Source: Methanopyrus kandleri AV19
GTDB taxonomy: Archaea > JAADCQ01 > Methanopyri > Methanopyrales > Methanopyraceae
Reading direction: 5' to 3'
Length of the DNA: 32,000 nt
NCBI RefSeq assembly: GCF_000007185.1
Contig: NC_003551.1
Span: 1,140,001-1,172,000 of the forward strand
Part shown: piece by piece, positions 1 through 9,694 of the stretch
How the letters are laid out: each line of letters starts with the position of its first letter
How positions within the stretch are numbered: the first letter of the stretch is position 1
The notes under the pieces: model-generated
What the model was told of the DNA's origin: nothing
Database searches by the model: none
What the model saw: only the letters and a program-made list of their open reading frames with translations
Made by a program: the position numbers and the translations under genes

Positions 1-37
1 CTGGACGCTCTGCCCGGCCGTCGTCCTCTTCACGGGT

Positions 38-1204
38 TTGGGGTGGGAAGAGGCGGGGCTATTGCTGATGGGTTTCGCGGCCTTCGCGGGGGCGTTCTAC
101 GGGATCTACCGGGAGGAAACTGAGGGAACGTTCCCCCGATCCGAGCACTCACGCCGGGTCGGTCGCACCCTGATGTGGTACCCCACCGCCTCGTTCGACC
201 GCGTGCTGGGAGGCCTCACCCCGACTACCTTCCTGCCACTGTTTCCCGCCCTCCTCTACTTCATCACTTCGGTCGCCCGTCACCCCGACTTTCTCCACTC
301 TCGAATCGCGGTAGCCCTCTTCTTCCTCGGCCCTCTGCCAGTCCTACTCTACCTGGTACGGTACGAGGTCGCTTCGGCCCTCGGTTGCGTCCGGGTCCTC
401 CGCGTTCGCGGTTCCCGGGCCCTCCTCCTCTCCCTCGGGTACTGCGAGGCCGAGTTGGTTACGGATGGAAACGTGAAGGTTTCCGGGTTTCGTGAGCTCG
501 GTTCTTACCCGGTCGAGTACGGGGGCTTACCCGGGGACCCGCCCGGGGACTTGAGGATCCGCGTTGGTTACTTCCCGCCGGGGAAGCACGAGGTCGAGGT
601 CCGGGATTGTGACTTCCTCTTCCTCAGGACCCGGGGCGTGTGCATGCTCTACGACTCCCGTGGACTGCCGGAGGACCGGGAGGGGGCGTTCCACCTAGCC
701 CGGTGGTGGGAGAAGTTCTCGATGGCGTACGCGGCCCTGTGCCTGAAGGAGGGCGGACCGCCGGATCCGGGTGAGGCCGAGGCCCTGGCCGCGGGAGCCG
801 GTGACAACGCCCGCCGGGCCCTGACCGTGACCTACTTCGGGGTCAAGTTCCCGGTCGGGAAGCTGGTCGCGAGCGAGGAGGCCATGTTAGGGGTCGTCCT
901 CGGGATGATCCCGATAGCGACCCTGGTGCGCGATCTCCTCCCGCCCGACCTGTCGCTGCTATCCGCACCGATCGCCGCACCGCTCGCCGGGGTACTCCTC
1001 GCGTTACCCATCGCCTGGCGCAACCGACGGGTGGTCAGGACCGGGCGGTGGTACCGTCTCCTACTCCGAGGGGATCATGTGGAGAAGCTGCTCCCCAGAC
1101 TGTTGGGGGAAGATTTGTGGTCCCGGCGGGGTGGGATGATCACGACCCTGTGGAAGGTGTTCGACGTCCTCGAGCGGGAGCGTCGACAACATCCACCGTA
1201 CTGA
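38..1204 (+). CDS. Lineage-specific multi-TM membrane protein, family 1 copy A
   Basis: 388-aa ORF with hydrophobic segments at both ends and a central soluble block (LGYCEAELVTDGNVKVSGFRELGSYPVEY...WWEKFSMAYAAL) shared with ORF 4383..5648. Confidence 0.8.
   Translation: MGWEEAGLLLMGFAAFAGAFYGIYREETEGTFPRSEHSRRVGRTLMWYPTASFDRVLGGLTPTTFLPLFPALLYFITSVARHPDFLHSRIAVALFFLGPLPVLLYLVRYEVASALGCVRVLRVRGSRALLLSLGYCEAELVTDGNVKVSGFRELGSYPVEYGGLPGDPPGDLRIRVGYFPPGKHEVEVRDCDFLFLRTRGVCMLYDSRGLPEDREGAFHLARWWEKFSMAYAALCLKEGGPPDPGEAEALAAGAGDNARRALTVTYFGVKFPVGKLVASEEAMLGVVLGMIPIATLVRDLLPPDLSLLSAPIAAPLAGVLLALPIAWRNRRVVRTGRWYRLLLRGDHVEKLLPRLLGEDLWSRRGGMITTLWKVFDVLERERRQHPPY
434..735 (+). repeat. 302-bp perfect inverted repeat, arm 1, inside copy A
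   Basis: Manually aligned with the reverse complement of 4780..5081 with no mismatch found; mismatch at both boundaries. Confidence 0.85.
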
Positions 1205-1639
1205 CCTACACCTGGTGGTACTCAGAACCACGTCCCGAGTCGTTCCGATTTCTAGCCCATGGAGTCGACGTCACGGGGGAGGAGTAACGCAAGGGAGATC
1301 CGACGTGTTTTTCCGAAACGAAAAGTCTTAAATTCCGTCGAGTAGATGCCTACTGGGAGGGGGTCGGGACGTTCCGGTCCGCCGTCCGGTTCGTCCTGGT
1401 GCCCCTCTTCGTCCCGGCTCCGGCGTGGGACGGCACTGGACCCGGGTGCAAACGATCCCGCGGAAGCCGTCGCGGACGATGATCCGGCCGCCGAGGTCGT
1501 GGGTGGTATCACGCCGTCGCCTCGCTGGCGACCGGGTACGCGATGCAGGTGGCCCTCGAGAAGTCGCCGAACCCCACCATGGCCGTACTGGCGTCTGGGA
1601 TCAGCGCTCTAAGCCTGGTCGGGGCCTCCATAGCTCGCG

Positions 1640-2470
1640 ATGCGCACCTCCACCCCCGACGACCGGAAACTGAGGGACTGCACCGCCGAGGTCGGGGTGC
1701 TGAGCGTTCTGGGTAGGATCGTGGTGAGTCACCGCCTCCTCGAGTCCCTCGGGTCCGACGACCGGGATTACCTACGTTACCTACGATGTGCGCTGATATC
1801 CGATCTCGTGGCGTGCGTTAGCCTCCTGGGTGTGCTCGAGATCTACGCTTTCTCTCTCACCGTGAGTCCGGCGGCCATCCCGGTGGCCATCCCCGCGATC
1901 CTCCTCCTGGCCGGCATGACGTACCTGTTGAAGACCTTGCTGGAGTCCTCCCCGCTCGCCGGCGTGGTGGACAGGATAACGTATCACATGTGTATCCTGT
2001 CGGCGGGAACTTGCGACCCCGTCATCTCGATGCAATTGCAGCCCCCGGGCGATCTAATGGACATCCCGCCGTACGCGTTCGGCCTCGTGTACGGTCTCAC
2101 GGTTTTAGCACCCATCATCCTACTCTTTGGGACCTTGATGCCCGCGGGAGCGGTGCTGGAGCCGTTCGAATACCCGTTGGAGGACTCTCCGATCCCGGGT
2201 CTGATCCTAGTGGCGGACATCGTCCGGCCGTTCACGCTATGCACGGTGATACTCGACGTCCTGTCGGAGGTGTTATCGGCGGTCCTCTTACCGGGTGAAG
2301 TCGTCAGGAAGGCGGTGGCCGCCCTCGGCCGGTCGGTGATGAGCCTGTTAGGCATCGGTCCCTCGGGTGAGGGAGCCCGAGCGGAACCCGCCGGTGGATC
2401 CGGGGCGCCGAGGGCGTCCCTCAACGCTCACCGGTACTCCCTTTGGAACCCCCTCCAAATAACCCTCTAA
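1640..2470 (+). CDS. Multi-TM membrane protein of unknown function
   Basis: 276-aa ORF with several hydrophobic stretches (ALISDLVACVSLLGVLEIYAF; AAIPVAIPAILLLAGMTYLL; FGLVYGLTVLAPIILLFGTLM). Confidence 0.65.
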   Translation: MRTSTPDDRKLRDCTAEVGVLSVLGRIVVSHRLLESLGSDDRDYLRYLRCALISDLVACVSLLGVLEIYAFSLTVSPAAIPVAIPAILLLAGMTYLLKTLLESSPLAGVVDRITYHMCILSAGTCDPVISMQLQPPGDLMDIPPYAFGLVYGLTVLAPIILLFGTLMPAGAVLEPFEYPLEDSPIPGLILVADIVRPFTLCTVILDVLSEVLSAVLLPGEVVRKAVAALGRSVMSLLGIGPSGEGARAEPAGGSGAPRASLNAHRYSLWNPLQITL

Positions 2471-2498
2471 GCCGATCCGGACGTCGGGGGGTCGTACC

Positions 2499-2942
2499 GT
2501 GGGGTGTCTCCCGACCGTGCTCGCCGCCTTAGCGGCCATCTTCGTCGTGGGAGGGGTCGCGACGGCGACCGATGACACCTATCCCCATCATTATGTCAAG
2601 TTTCGGATCGAGCCGAAGATACAGTCCGTGGAGGTACCGTCCGAGGTCGTAGCGGAGGGTGGGACCGCCGAGGTACCCGTGAAAGTTACGGTCACCTGGA
2701 CTGGCAATTACCCGTGCACGATCAAGCGCACACCGACCAGGATGACGTTCGCGGTCGACGGGAACGTGGTGAACACGCAGATGATCACCCCACCGTACAA
2801 GGTCGGGGACACCAGGACGGTGAGCACGACCCTGAGGCTCACGCCGGGCGAGCACGAGATCACGGTGACGGTGAGGTTCCCGAACCTCTGCAGTACGGGA
2901 TCGCCGGTGGAACCGACACGAAGAGCGTCAGGGTCGTCGTAA
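2499..2942 (+). CDS. Secreted protein with beta-rich, CARDB-like domain; probably frameshifted near its 3' end
   Basis: N-terminal signal-like segment (LPTVLAALAAIFVVGGVATA) and alternating beta-strand pattern (EITVTVRF). A further beta-like segment (YGIAGGTDTKSVRVVVRVG) continues in another frame from about 2900. Confidence 0.55.
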   Translation: MGCLPTVLAALAAIFVVGGVATATDDTYPHHYVKFRIEPKIQSVEVPSEVVAEGGTAEVPVKVTVTWTGNYPCTIKRTPTRMTFAVDGNVVNTQMITPPYKVGDTRTVSTTLRLTPGEHEITVTVRFPNLCSTGSPVEPTRRASGSS

Positions 2943-3511
2943 GGGTCGGAACGTCACGATCCGGGCACGAGGTGTCGGAACGGCAGGAGGAACGATTGGG
3001 AGAGGAGCGGCAGGATCAGGGCCAGCGGGAGGGACAATCGTGTGAGAAGAGGGGGAAGGAGAGGGAGAAGAAGAGGGGCAAACTACCCGTCCTCCCACCT
3101 CCGGTGATCCCGAGGAGGCGACGCCCGTAACGGGGACGAACTCGAGACGCGACATCTCAACGGCCCACCTCCCCTACCCCGCCTCGACGTCCGTCGGCGT
3201 CGCGGGCGACGTCCCCGGCTCGCCTCGAGATCACGCCCCGGATGCACGCTCGGTGAGCCCGACAGCGGGGACGTCCTCGCCATCTAGGGTTGGTTCCCTC
3301 GGTCGGATCTGGAACCTCGATCACCCGAGACGGTTGCTCATCACTCGATCGTCGGTGACCGAGCCCGTCACGGACGTTGGGCTCATCCGCTACCAGTCCG
3401 ACTTGACATCCCGAACGGTGGTGTTACTGTAGTCCGACGATCGTACGTGAACTATGCACAAACTATGTGACATTAGCATGAGCATTAGTCGACGATCGTA
3501 CGTAGATGTTC

Positions 3512-4192
3512 TTACTCGCGTCGCCCGTGCCGGAGTTTCCAGCGCTCTAACTCGAACTCCACGTCGGGGATCTCGTGTTTCCCATCTAATGACTCCCTCC
3601 TGGAGCGGATGACCTTCCTCAAGTGACTCGAGTAGTGGGCGGGCCAGCTCCCGAGGGCCCTGATCAGGAAGGATTCCAACCGGTCGGGTAGCTTCTCCAA
3701 CACGTCCCGGATCCGCGGTGAGTCGGAGGGTCTGGCGTCGAAGGTCAGGGCGAGCCCACGAGCCAACACCCGTCGAGCCCGTTTGTATGGCAGGTCCGAG
3801 ACTTCGGTGAGCAGGGTCTTGAGCACCGAGCGGAGGTTACGCATCAAATGCCGGGCTAGTTCGAGGACTTCCTCACGATCTAAAGAAACCAGCCACTCGA
3901 CGAAGGAAACACTCTCGTTCTCGGGTTTACCCAGGTAGAGGGTGCGCCCGTGCTCGAACTTCGAATCCCGCCTCCACCTCGCGACGTAGTACGGACCGCA
4001 GGTACTACCGTTGACCGTCCGGTAGGTCACCTCCAGACTCGGCTTCTTCCTCCGGCGGTATACTTCCCGGAGTACCCGAAGGGCTCGGATGCGCTCGACA
4101 GGATCATGGGGTATCGGGACGTGCGATGTGACCAACCCCGCACACGACCCCCTCAGGTGCCCCCAAATTGTATGGAAGTAGGAGGAGAACAT
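3512..4192 (-). CDS. Duplicated protein family 2, copy 1; weak resemblance to DUF6788-type 'CGPYY..RW...GR..YLGK' proteins
   Basis: Near-identical over ~200 aa to ORF 9695..10327. ORF is open to 4285, but the conserved TATA-like element at about 4200 suggests a downstream start, possibly TTG at 4135. Confidence 0.7.
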   Translation of the reverse strand: MFSSYFHTIWGHLRGSCAGLVTSHVPIPHDPVERIRALRVLREVYRRRKKPSLEVTYRTVNGSTCGPYYVARWRRDSKFEHGRTLYLGKPENESVSFVEWLVSLDREEVLELARHLMRNLRSVLKTLLTEVSDLPYKRARRVLARGLALTFDARPSDSPRIRDVLEKLPDRLESFLIRALGSWPAHYSSHLRKVIRSRRESLDGKHEIPDVEFELERWKLRHGRRE

Positions 4193-4207
4193 TCTCGAGA
4201 TATAAGC
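3526..4207 (-). repeat. Dispersed duplicated unit (coding region plus promoter), copy 1
   Basis: Similarity to 9703..10390 runs from CGTGCCGGAGTTTCCAGCG past the coding region to CCAAATTGTATGG and GAGATATAAG. Confidence 0.7.
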
Positions 4208-4209
4208 GT
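4197..4209 (-). promoter_or_regulatory. TATA-box-like element upstream of family 2 copy 1
   Basis: Reverse strand reads CGCTTATATCTCGA; conserved together with the downstream CCATACAATTTGG leader sequence. Confidence 0.45.
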
Positions 4210-4382
4210 TATCATCCGGGACTGGGATCCGCCTGGGGAAGCGCGCGTCCTCCTTTCCCATACATTCGGTCGAGACGGCGTGCACCGGCGGAGCCCGGGA
4301 TGATCACCGGAGATCGTCCTAAGGTTACGGGAGAACTACAGTGAAGGGGGACGGACAGAATTACCCAGTAATGTAGGGACGT

Positions 4383-5648
4383 CTATTTCGATGGGTTGTA
4401 GACGCATAACGTGGATAGGAGCCGACGGTGCGGTGGTTCGCCTTCCAGTAAACACTCATAGACGCGGCCCGAACGCACCGCCCTCCGATTGAGCAGCAAC
4501 CCGCACAACACCGGTAGGGCCAGCAGACAGAGGGTGAACGCGTCGAGGACGACCATCGCGTCGAGCGCGCCCCAACCTCTAACGCCTCTAGTGAGCACGA
4601 AGTCCACCGCCTCCGTCATCGGGAGGAGGGAGAGGACTAGGACGCACATCTCGACAACGGGTAGGTTGAAGTCGCAGTTCATGTACCGCACGAGGAACCC
4701 GACGGCTCGATTGTTCCTCACACGCTCCAACCACCTCTCGAGCTCCACGGCGCCGGGTACGCCCTCCCGTAAACACAACGCCGCGTACGCCATCGAGAAC
4801 TTCTCCCACCACCGGGCTAGGTGGAACGCCCCCTCCCGGTCCTCCGGCAGTCCACGGGAGTCGTAGAGCATGCACACGCCCCGGGTCCTGAGGAAGAGGA
4901 AGTCACAATCCCGGACCTCGACCTCGTGCTTCCCCGGCGGGAAGTAACCAACGCGGATCCTCAAGTCCCCGGGCGGGTCCCCGGGTAAGCCCCCGTACTC
5001 GACCGGGTAAGAACCGAGCTCACGAAACCCGGAAACCTTCACGTTTCCATCCGTAACCAACTCGGCCTCGCAGTACCCGAGAGACGCCAGTGACACCCGC
5101 GTGCCCTCGGGCTTGACGCGTACGGGTAGCGCGTACCCGAGCGTCATGGCCGCCGAGAGTTTGACCAGGTAGGAGAACACGGTCGTCGCCGCGATGGATA
5201 TGAGCAGGAAGACCGTGAGCGCGACGCCCGTCCTATCCCCCGTCGATAACCACATCGTGAAGAACAGTATCAAGGCAGGGATCATCGCCAGCGGGAGCGC
5301 CGTCCCCAGCTTGGGGCCGTCGCGGAGCCTGTTGAAGGAGGCCGTGGGATAGAGTAGTCGGGTCCCGATCCTAGCGTGCTCGGGTTTCGGCGCCCTCTCG
5401 CGGAATGAAAAGGGCCTCATTAGTCCGAGGAGAACGCCTACGATACTACCCAAACCCGCCACCATCACGCCGGCGTCCGACCCGAGGAGCCCCAAGGGCG
5501 CCGAGAGGGTGCAGAGCGCACCGTACGCCAGCCTCAAGCGCGAGACGGTTTCCCGACTCACCAACGGAAGCTCACAGCCGGAGGCCCCCGGATCGCCCAA
5601 GGGAACGAGCCCCCGGCCGGACCTCCTTCGTGAAGGGAGTCTGGGCAC
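4383..5648 (-). CDS. Lineage-specific multi-TM membrane protein, family 1 copy B
   Basis: 421-aa ORF with the same architecture as 38..1204; diverged outside the block but identical in nucleotides 4780..5081 (reverse complement of 434..735). True start may lie downstream of 5648. Confidence 0.8.
   Translation of the reverse strand: MPRLPSRRRSGRGLVPLGDPGASGCELPLVSRETVSRLRLAYGALCTLSAPLGLLGSDAGVMVAGLGSIVGVLLGLMRPFSFRERAPKPEHARIGTRLLYPTASFNRLRDGPKLGTALPLAMIPALILFFTMWLSTGDRTGVALTVFLLISIAATTVFSYLVKLSAAMTLGYALPVRVKPEGTRVSLASLGYCEAELVTDGNVKVSGFRELGSYPVEYGGLPGDPPGDLRIRVGYFPPGKHEVEVRDCDFLFLRTRGVCMLYDSRGLPEDREGAFHLARWWEKFSMAYAALCLREGVPGAVELERWLERVRNNRAVGFLVRYMNCDFNLPVVEMCVLVLSLLPMTEAVDFVLTRGVRGWGALDAMVVLDAFTLCLLALPVLCGLLLNRRAVRSGRVYECLLEGEPPHRRLLSTLCVYNPSK
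4780..5081 (-). repeat. 302-bp perfect inverted repeat, arm 2, inside copy B
   Basis: Reverse complement of 434..735. Confidence 0.85.
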
Positions 5649-5780
5649 GTTGAACGATCGTCCGGGGGGACTCCGATTTCAGCGGGCATGAGGGGAGACA
5701 GCACCTGTGGCCGTCGTCGACGTGTTCACGCTACGCACAATGGTACGGTTATATAATCGGTCCGGTGTTCGTCCGCGTCC

Positions 5781-6677
5781 GTGCGCGGCGTCACGAGACC
5801 GACGCCGTGCGGGGGATCTCGCCCGTGGCGGACCTTCCTGCGGTTGGTCTGTGGCGATCCCCGGTTGCGGGAGATCGTGTTGGAGTTTCGGGATTCCGTG
5901 AGGGTCGGGTCGAGTCGGGTGGGCGGCGTCCTCCGGAAGCTCTACCCCATCCTCTCACTGTACGTAATATTGAGCCTGGTCTTCGAGGGTCGTGGGGTCG
6001 TTCGGGTACTGTGGGATCGGGCGTCGGCCCCGCTCGCGATGATCGTGATCGCCGGCGCGTGCATCGCCCCAATCCTCGCCGCGTACCTGGCCTTCCACGG
6101 GTATCTCACGCTCGAGGCCCGCAGGAGGCTTCGAGCTCCCGTCGTCACCCGACCGCACAACCCGACGCTCCTCTTGCTACCCTTCCTCCTAGCCCTGCTC
6201 CGCCCTGATTACTACGTTCACCACTGGCCGGAGACCCGGGTCGCCCTAGCCTACCTCTACGCGGGATGCGCCCTCTCCCCCACCCTCGCGCTCGCCGTGA
6301 TGTGGGTGTTGAGAACGCGAGTCGTCTGGTGTTGGAAGAGGGACCTGGACGAGGAAGTGTTAGAACGCTTCGTCGAGGGGCTCCCCGACGGACGGTACGT
6401 ACCCGGCAGTCTGATCCCCTACGCGTCTAACGTCGGGACGCTCGCCGTCGCCATCGCCGTCGACGCGCCGTCCCTCACGCCCTATCTGATCACCGCCGGT
6501 ACGCTCTCCGTGCTAGCCCTCACGACCTACATCTCGACGTTCACCGAGGGGGATCTCCTCGACATCCTCGGCAAGCTCCGGAGCGGACCATGGCGCGATG
6601 ACTCGTACGTGATCGGCTTCACGATCCTCATCCTGGAGAGGAGCTTCTGGCTGATAATCGAGCACTCGCACCCCTAG
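5781..6677 (+). CDS. Multi-TM membrane protein, tandem family 3 copy 1
   Basis: 298-aa hydrophobic ORF; similar to the following gene (P..THPHNPTLLLL... ; WCWKRDLDEEVLERFVEGLP). Confidence 0.75.
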   Translation: MRGVTRPTPCGGSRPWRTFLRLVCGDPRLREIVLEFRDSVRVGSSRVGGVLRKLYPILSLYVILSLVFEGRGVVRVLWDRASAPLAMIVIAGACIAPILAAYLAFHGYLTLEARRRLRAPVVTRPHNPTLLLLPFLLALLRPDYYVHHWPETRVALAYLYAGCALSPTLALAVMWVLRTRVVWCWKRDLDEEVLERFVEGLPDGRYVPGSLIPYASNVGTLAVAIAVDAPSLTPYLITAGTLSVLALTTYISTFTEGDLLDILGKLRSGPWRDDSYVIGFTILILERSFWLIIEHSHP

Positions 6678-6749
6678 AGGTTCGACGTCACGTCCGGTGA
6701 GTGGCGGTGGCTACGTCCGGCTAGCCGACCCCCACCTTGATCCACCGGA

Positions 6750-7688
6750 GTGTTAAATACGGGGGGAGACACCATCGGATCGTCACGGGGATCCCGGTGG
6801 AGCGGGCGATCGCCCGTGTTTGTGGGGATCCGAGGGTCGCGGGGGGTCGTCTCGGAGTTCGAGGGTTCTCTGAAGCGCGAGCCCGACCGGTGGTGGTTCA
6901 CGAGGTTCCTCCACGAGCACCCGATGCTACTCTCGACCTCGCTCGCACTCCTCACCCTACCCCCGGTCCTCACGGCGGGTAGGACGGTCTGGGAACTGTC
7001 CGACCGCCCCCACGATCCCGCAGCCCTTCTCGTGACGACGTCGGCGACCCTCGCCCCCGCGCTCGCCGTCTACTCCGCCCTCATGGCGTACTACACCCTC
7101 CGAGCCCGGTACCTGATCAGGGCACCGGTGGTCACCTACCCCCACCACCCGGCCTACCTGCCCCTGCTGTACTGGCTCCCCTCCTCCCGGTTACTGACCC
7201 ACTGGGGCGAGCCGAAGGTGCGGTTGGGGTTCGTGGTCCTGTACACGACGGTGGTACTCCTACCCACCCTCTCGCTCCTCCTGACGTGGATCTGTCGGGT
7301 TCGGATACTCTGGTGCTGGCGTGGGGACATCGACGAGGGCACGCTGGCGCGCCTGCTCGAGCGACTACCCCGGGACTACACGTACGCCCCCGGGTGCGTG
7401 TTCCCCGCCTTGGTGGCGATCAGCGCCTTACCCGGGGCTTTCGGGTACCTTCTGTTGAAGGGGACGTGGTCGGGGTGGTACGTGCTCGCGATCCCCGCGA
7501 GCATGATCGTGCCGATGACCGTCCTGACATACGCCGTGATCCGGAAGATGAGTCGGTCTCCCGTCGAAGAGCTGACGGACGAGTGGTTGGGTGAGGGGAA
7601 CGCTCCCTGGCGGCTCGATCTGCAGGCTCTGGCCATCCTCGCGACGTTCGCGACCTGGACGCTGGTGGACGTGGGAGGCATGAGGTGA
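6750..7688 (+). CDS. Multi-TM membrane protein, tandem family 3 copy 2; N-terminus probably frameshifted
   Basis: 312-aa ORF similar to 5781..6677 (WCWRGDIDEGTLARLLERLP). The N-terminal match (RVCGDPRV vs LVCGDPRL) lies in a different frame upstream of the G6 run at 6841..6846. Confidence 0.7.
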   Translation: MLNTGGDTIGSSRGSRWSGRSPVFVGIRGSRGVVSEFEGSLKREPDRWWFTRFLHEHPMLLSTSLALLTLPPVLTAGRTVWELSDRPHDPAALLVTTSATLAPALAVYSALMAYYTLRARYLIRAPVVTYPHHPAYLPLLYWLPSSRLLTHWGEPKVRLGFVVLYTTVVLLPTLSLLLTWICRVRILWCWRGDIDEGTLARLLERLPRDYTYAPGCVFPALVAISALPGAFGYLLLKGTWSGWYVLAIPASMIVPMTVLTYAVIRKMSRSPVEELTDEWLGEGNAPWRLDLQALAILATFATWTLVDVGGMR

Positions 7689-7785
7689 CCCTCCCGCGGG
7701 GACCCAGGACGACGCTGAGGCGATTTACCGGAGGCGTAACCCCGTGAGTTTCGAGTCGGACTCTTGCGGCGAGGTGTCAGAATAA

Positions 7786-8680
7786 GTGTCTCGAAGATTC
7801 ATCGTATTAGTAGCTTGTATATTGGCATACTTAAGTTTGTACCTGCTAGAATTGACACTATATCCCCCAAATGCTGTACCCATAGCAATAATTGTATTCA
7901 TTCTTAGTATTGCCATAGAAGAGCTAGTTCGTAGGTGGTATATATATTACTTAGGTTGGAGATTCCGAAGCCTGAGAACGCTAGAATGAAAGGTAAAGTA
8001 ATCCATATCCGACCGTGTTCTCCGCTCGACAACTCACACAACCCCTCCATGTTCTACCATCTATCATTTTAATGTACCTCCCCATTGTTTCAATTCCACA
8101 TGCGGAACTCACCGACAGCAGTGTATTCTTAACTTTCCTAATGATCGTCCTAGGAGTAGTATTTGTAGTGTCCATTTCGATGTTTTTGTCTTTTCCGTTC
8201 GCGATGATTTTGAGGGTTAAAGATTCTAGAGTTTGGATCCTCTCGTGGTTGTACTGCGAGACTGAGTTGATAACGGATGGTAGCATCGAAGTCTCTGGAT
8301 TCCGAGAGTTTACCTCTTATCCAGTCGAGTACGAGGATTTACCCGCGGGATCACCAAGGGATTTGATGGTCCTAATCGGGTATTTCAAACCCGAATTACA
8401 TCGTATTGAAATCCGAGATTGTAACTTTTTCTTCTTGAGAACGAGGAGTTTTTGCTTACTCTACGATGCCTGTCTTCCCGGGGATCGGGAGGAGGCGTTC
8501 CGGCTCGCTCGATGGTGGGAGAGGTTCTCGATGGTGTACGAGGCGCTGTTCGAGGATGAAATCCCGGATGAGAAGAATATCATGAAGTATCTGGACGGAC
8601 TGTACCAGTTCAAGGCCGCTCACTACTACGTGCCCCTGCCGAGGTGGCCCTACGATGAAGACCGCGACGCTCGAGATTAA
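7786..8680 (+). pseudogene. Degenerate third copy (copy C) of the family 1 membrane gene
   Basis: ORF 8015..8680 aligns with the family 1 central block (LYCETELITDGSIEVSGFREFTSYPVEYEDLP...RWWERFSMVYEALF). Homology continues upstream in two other frames (PKPENARMKGKV vs PKPEHARIGTRL; NPYPTVFSARQL vs YPTASFDRVL). C-terminal TM part missing; AT-rich relative to neighbours. Confidence 0.6.
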
Positions 8681-8695
8681 AACTCGGCACCGGGG

Positions 8696-9403
8696 GTGCG
8701 TCGCGTGATCCCCGGATGGTACGTGGGAGCCGTCCTGGTACCGCAGCTGGTCGTCACGGTCGTGATCGCGCATGGCTTCTCGCGGAAGCGTAGGTGGGAA
8801 CGACTGCTTAGACGTGCCTCCCGGGAGGAGGTGAGGAGGTCCCTTGAGCGGACCCCCGGTGGTGGAACGGTCCGGCTGGCCTTCGTGCCCGAGCTGCTGT
8901 GGTGCGTTCCCGGGAGAGTGCTCGTTCTCGGGTCGACCGGCTGGTTGATGCTCGCGGTGCTGTACGAGTTCGAGCTGCTCGGGCTCACTAGGATCGTGCC
9001 CGAAGCTAAGGTGCGAGGGCTGCTCGCTGCCGTCCTAGCGCTCGTGTACGGAACCTGCGCCGTCGCCGTGTTACCTGGGACGCCCAGGCCCGCCCTTCCG
9101 AGGCTGCTGGCACCCGCCGCCGTCGGTGGCGCCCTGGGGGCGGTAGCGGTCCTGAAGTCGCTACCGCCGTGGTTGGGATCGCTCGCGCCGGTCGCGATGC
9201 TAGTCGGTCTGTCATCCGTGATCGGATACAGGGGGAGGCTGAGTGCCTCGGGAGGTACGGCCTGGGATGAGGTCGTTGAGGCGGTGCGGTACTACCCTGT
9301 TTCGGCGCTCTCCGTGGGGGAAAGGGAGGCAGAGGCGGCCGAGAAGTGTGCCCTTTGGTTCCTTGCCTGCCGGGTGGTGGAAGGCACGAGATCGGTGGGG
9401 TGA
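8696..9403 (+). CDS. Membrane protein of unknown function
   Basis: 235-aa ORF with several hydrophobic segments; immediately downstream of the degenerate copy. Confidence 0.6.
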   Translation: MRRVIPGWYVGAVLVPQLVVTVVIAHGFSRKRRWERLLRRASREEVRRSLERTPGGGTVRLAFVPELLWCVPGRVLVLGSTGWLMLAVLYEFELLGLTRIVPEAKVRGLLAAVLALVYGTCAVAVLPGTPRPALPRLLAPAAVGGALGAVAVLKSLPPWLGSLAPVAMLVGLSSVIGYRGRLSASGGTAWDEVVEAVRYYPVSALSVGEREAEAAEKCALWFLACRVVEGTRSVG

Positions 9404-9694
9404 CGCTGGCCTCCTTATCGCATGGAGTCTACCGTTTCCTGTCGCTCCATTTTCCCGCCCGATGCCAAAGTAGTACGACCCCAGAAGGCGCGGCGGTTTG
9501 GCTCGAGTTCTGGATACCAACTCACTCGGCGCCGGGTTGAATCGTTGGTGGGGATAGTGCCGGTCATGTACTCGTGGTGGTCCGAAGGATCGTCCAGGGA
9601 GCGACGACCTACGTGCTCACCGCGACCACGCTCCGTTATCCAATCCTCCCACCGATCACGGAGACTGCTACGGCTGGGACCGGACACATCCGAC

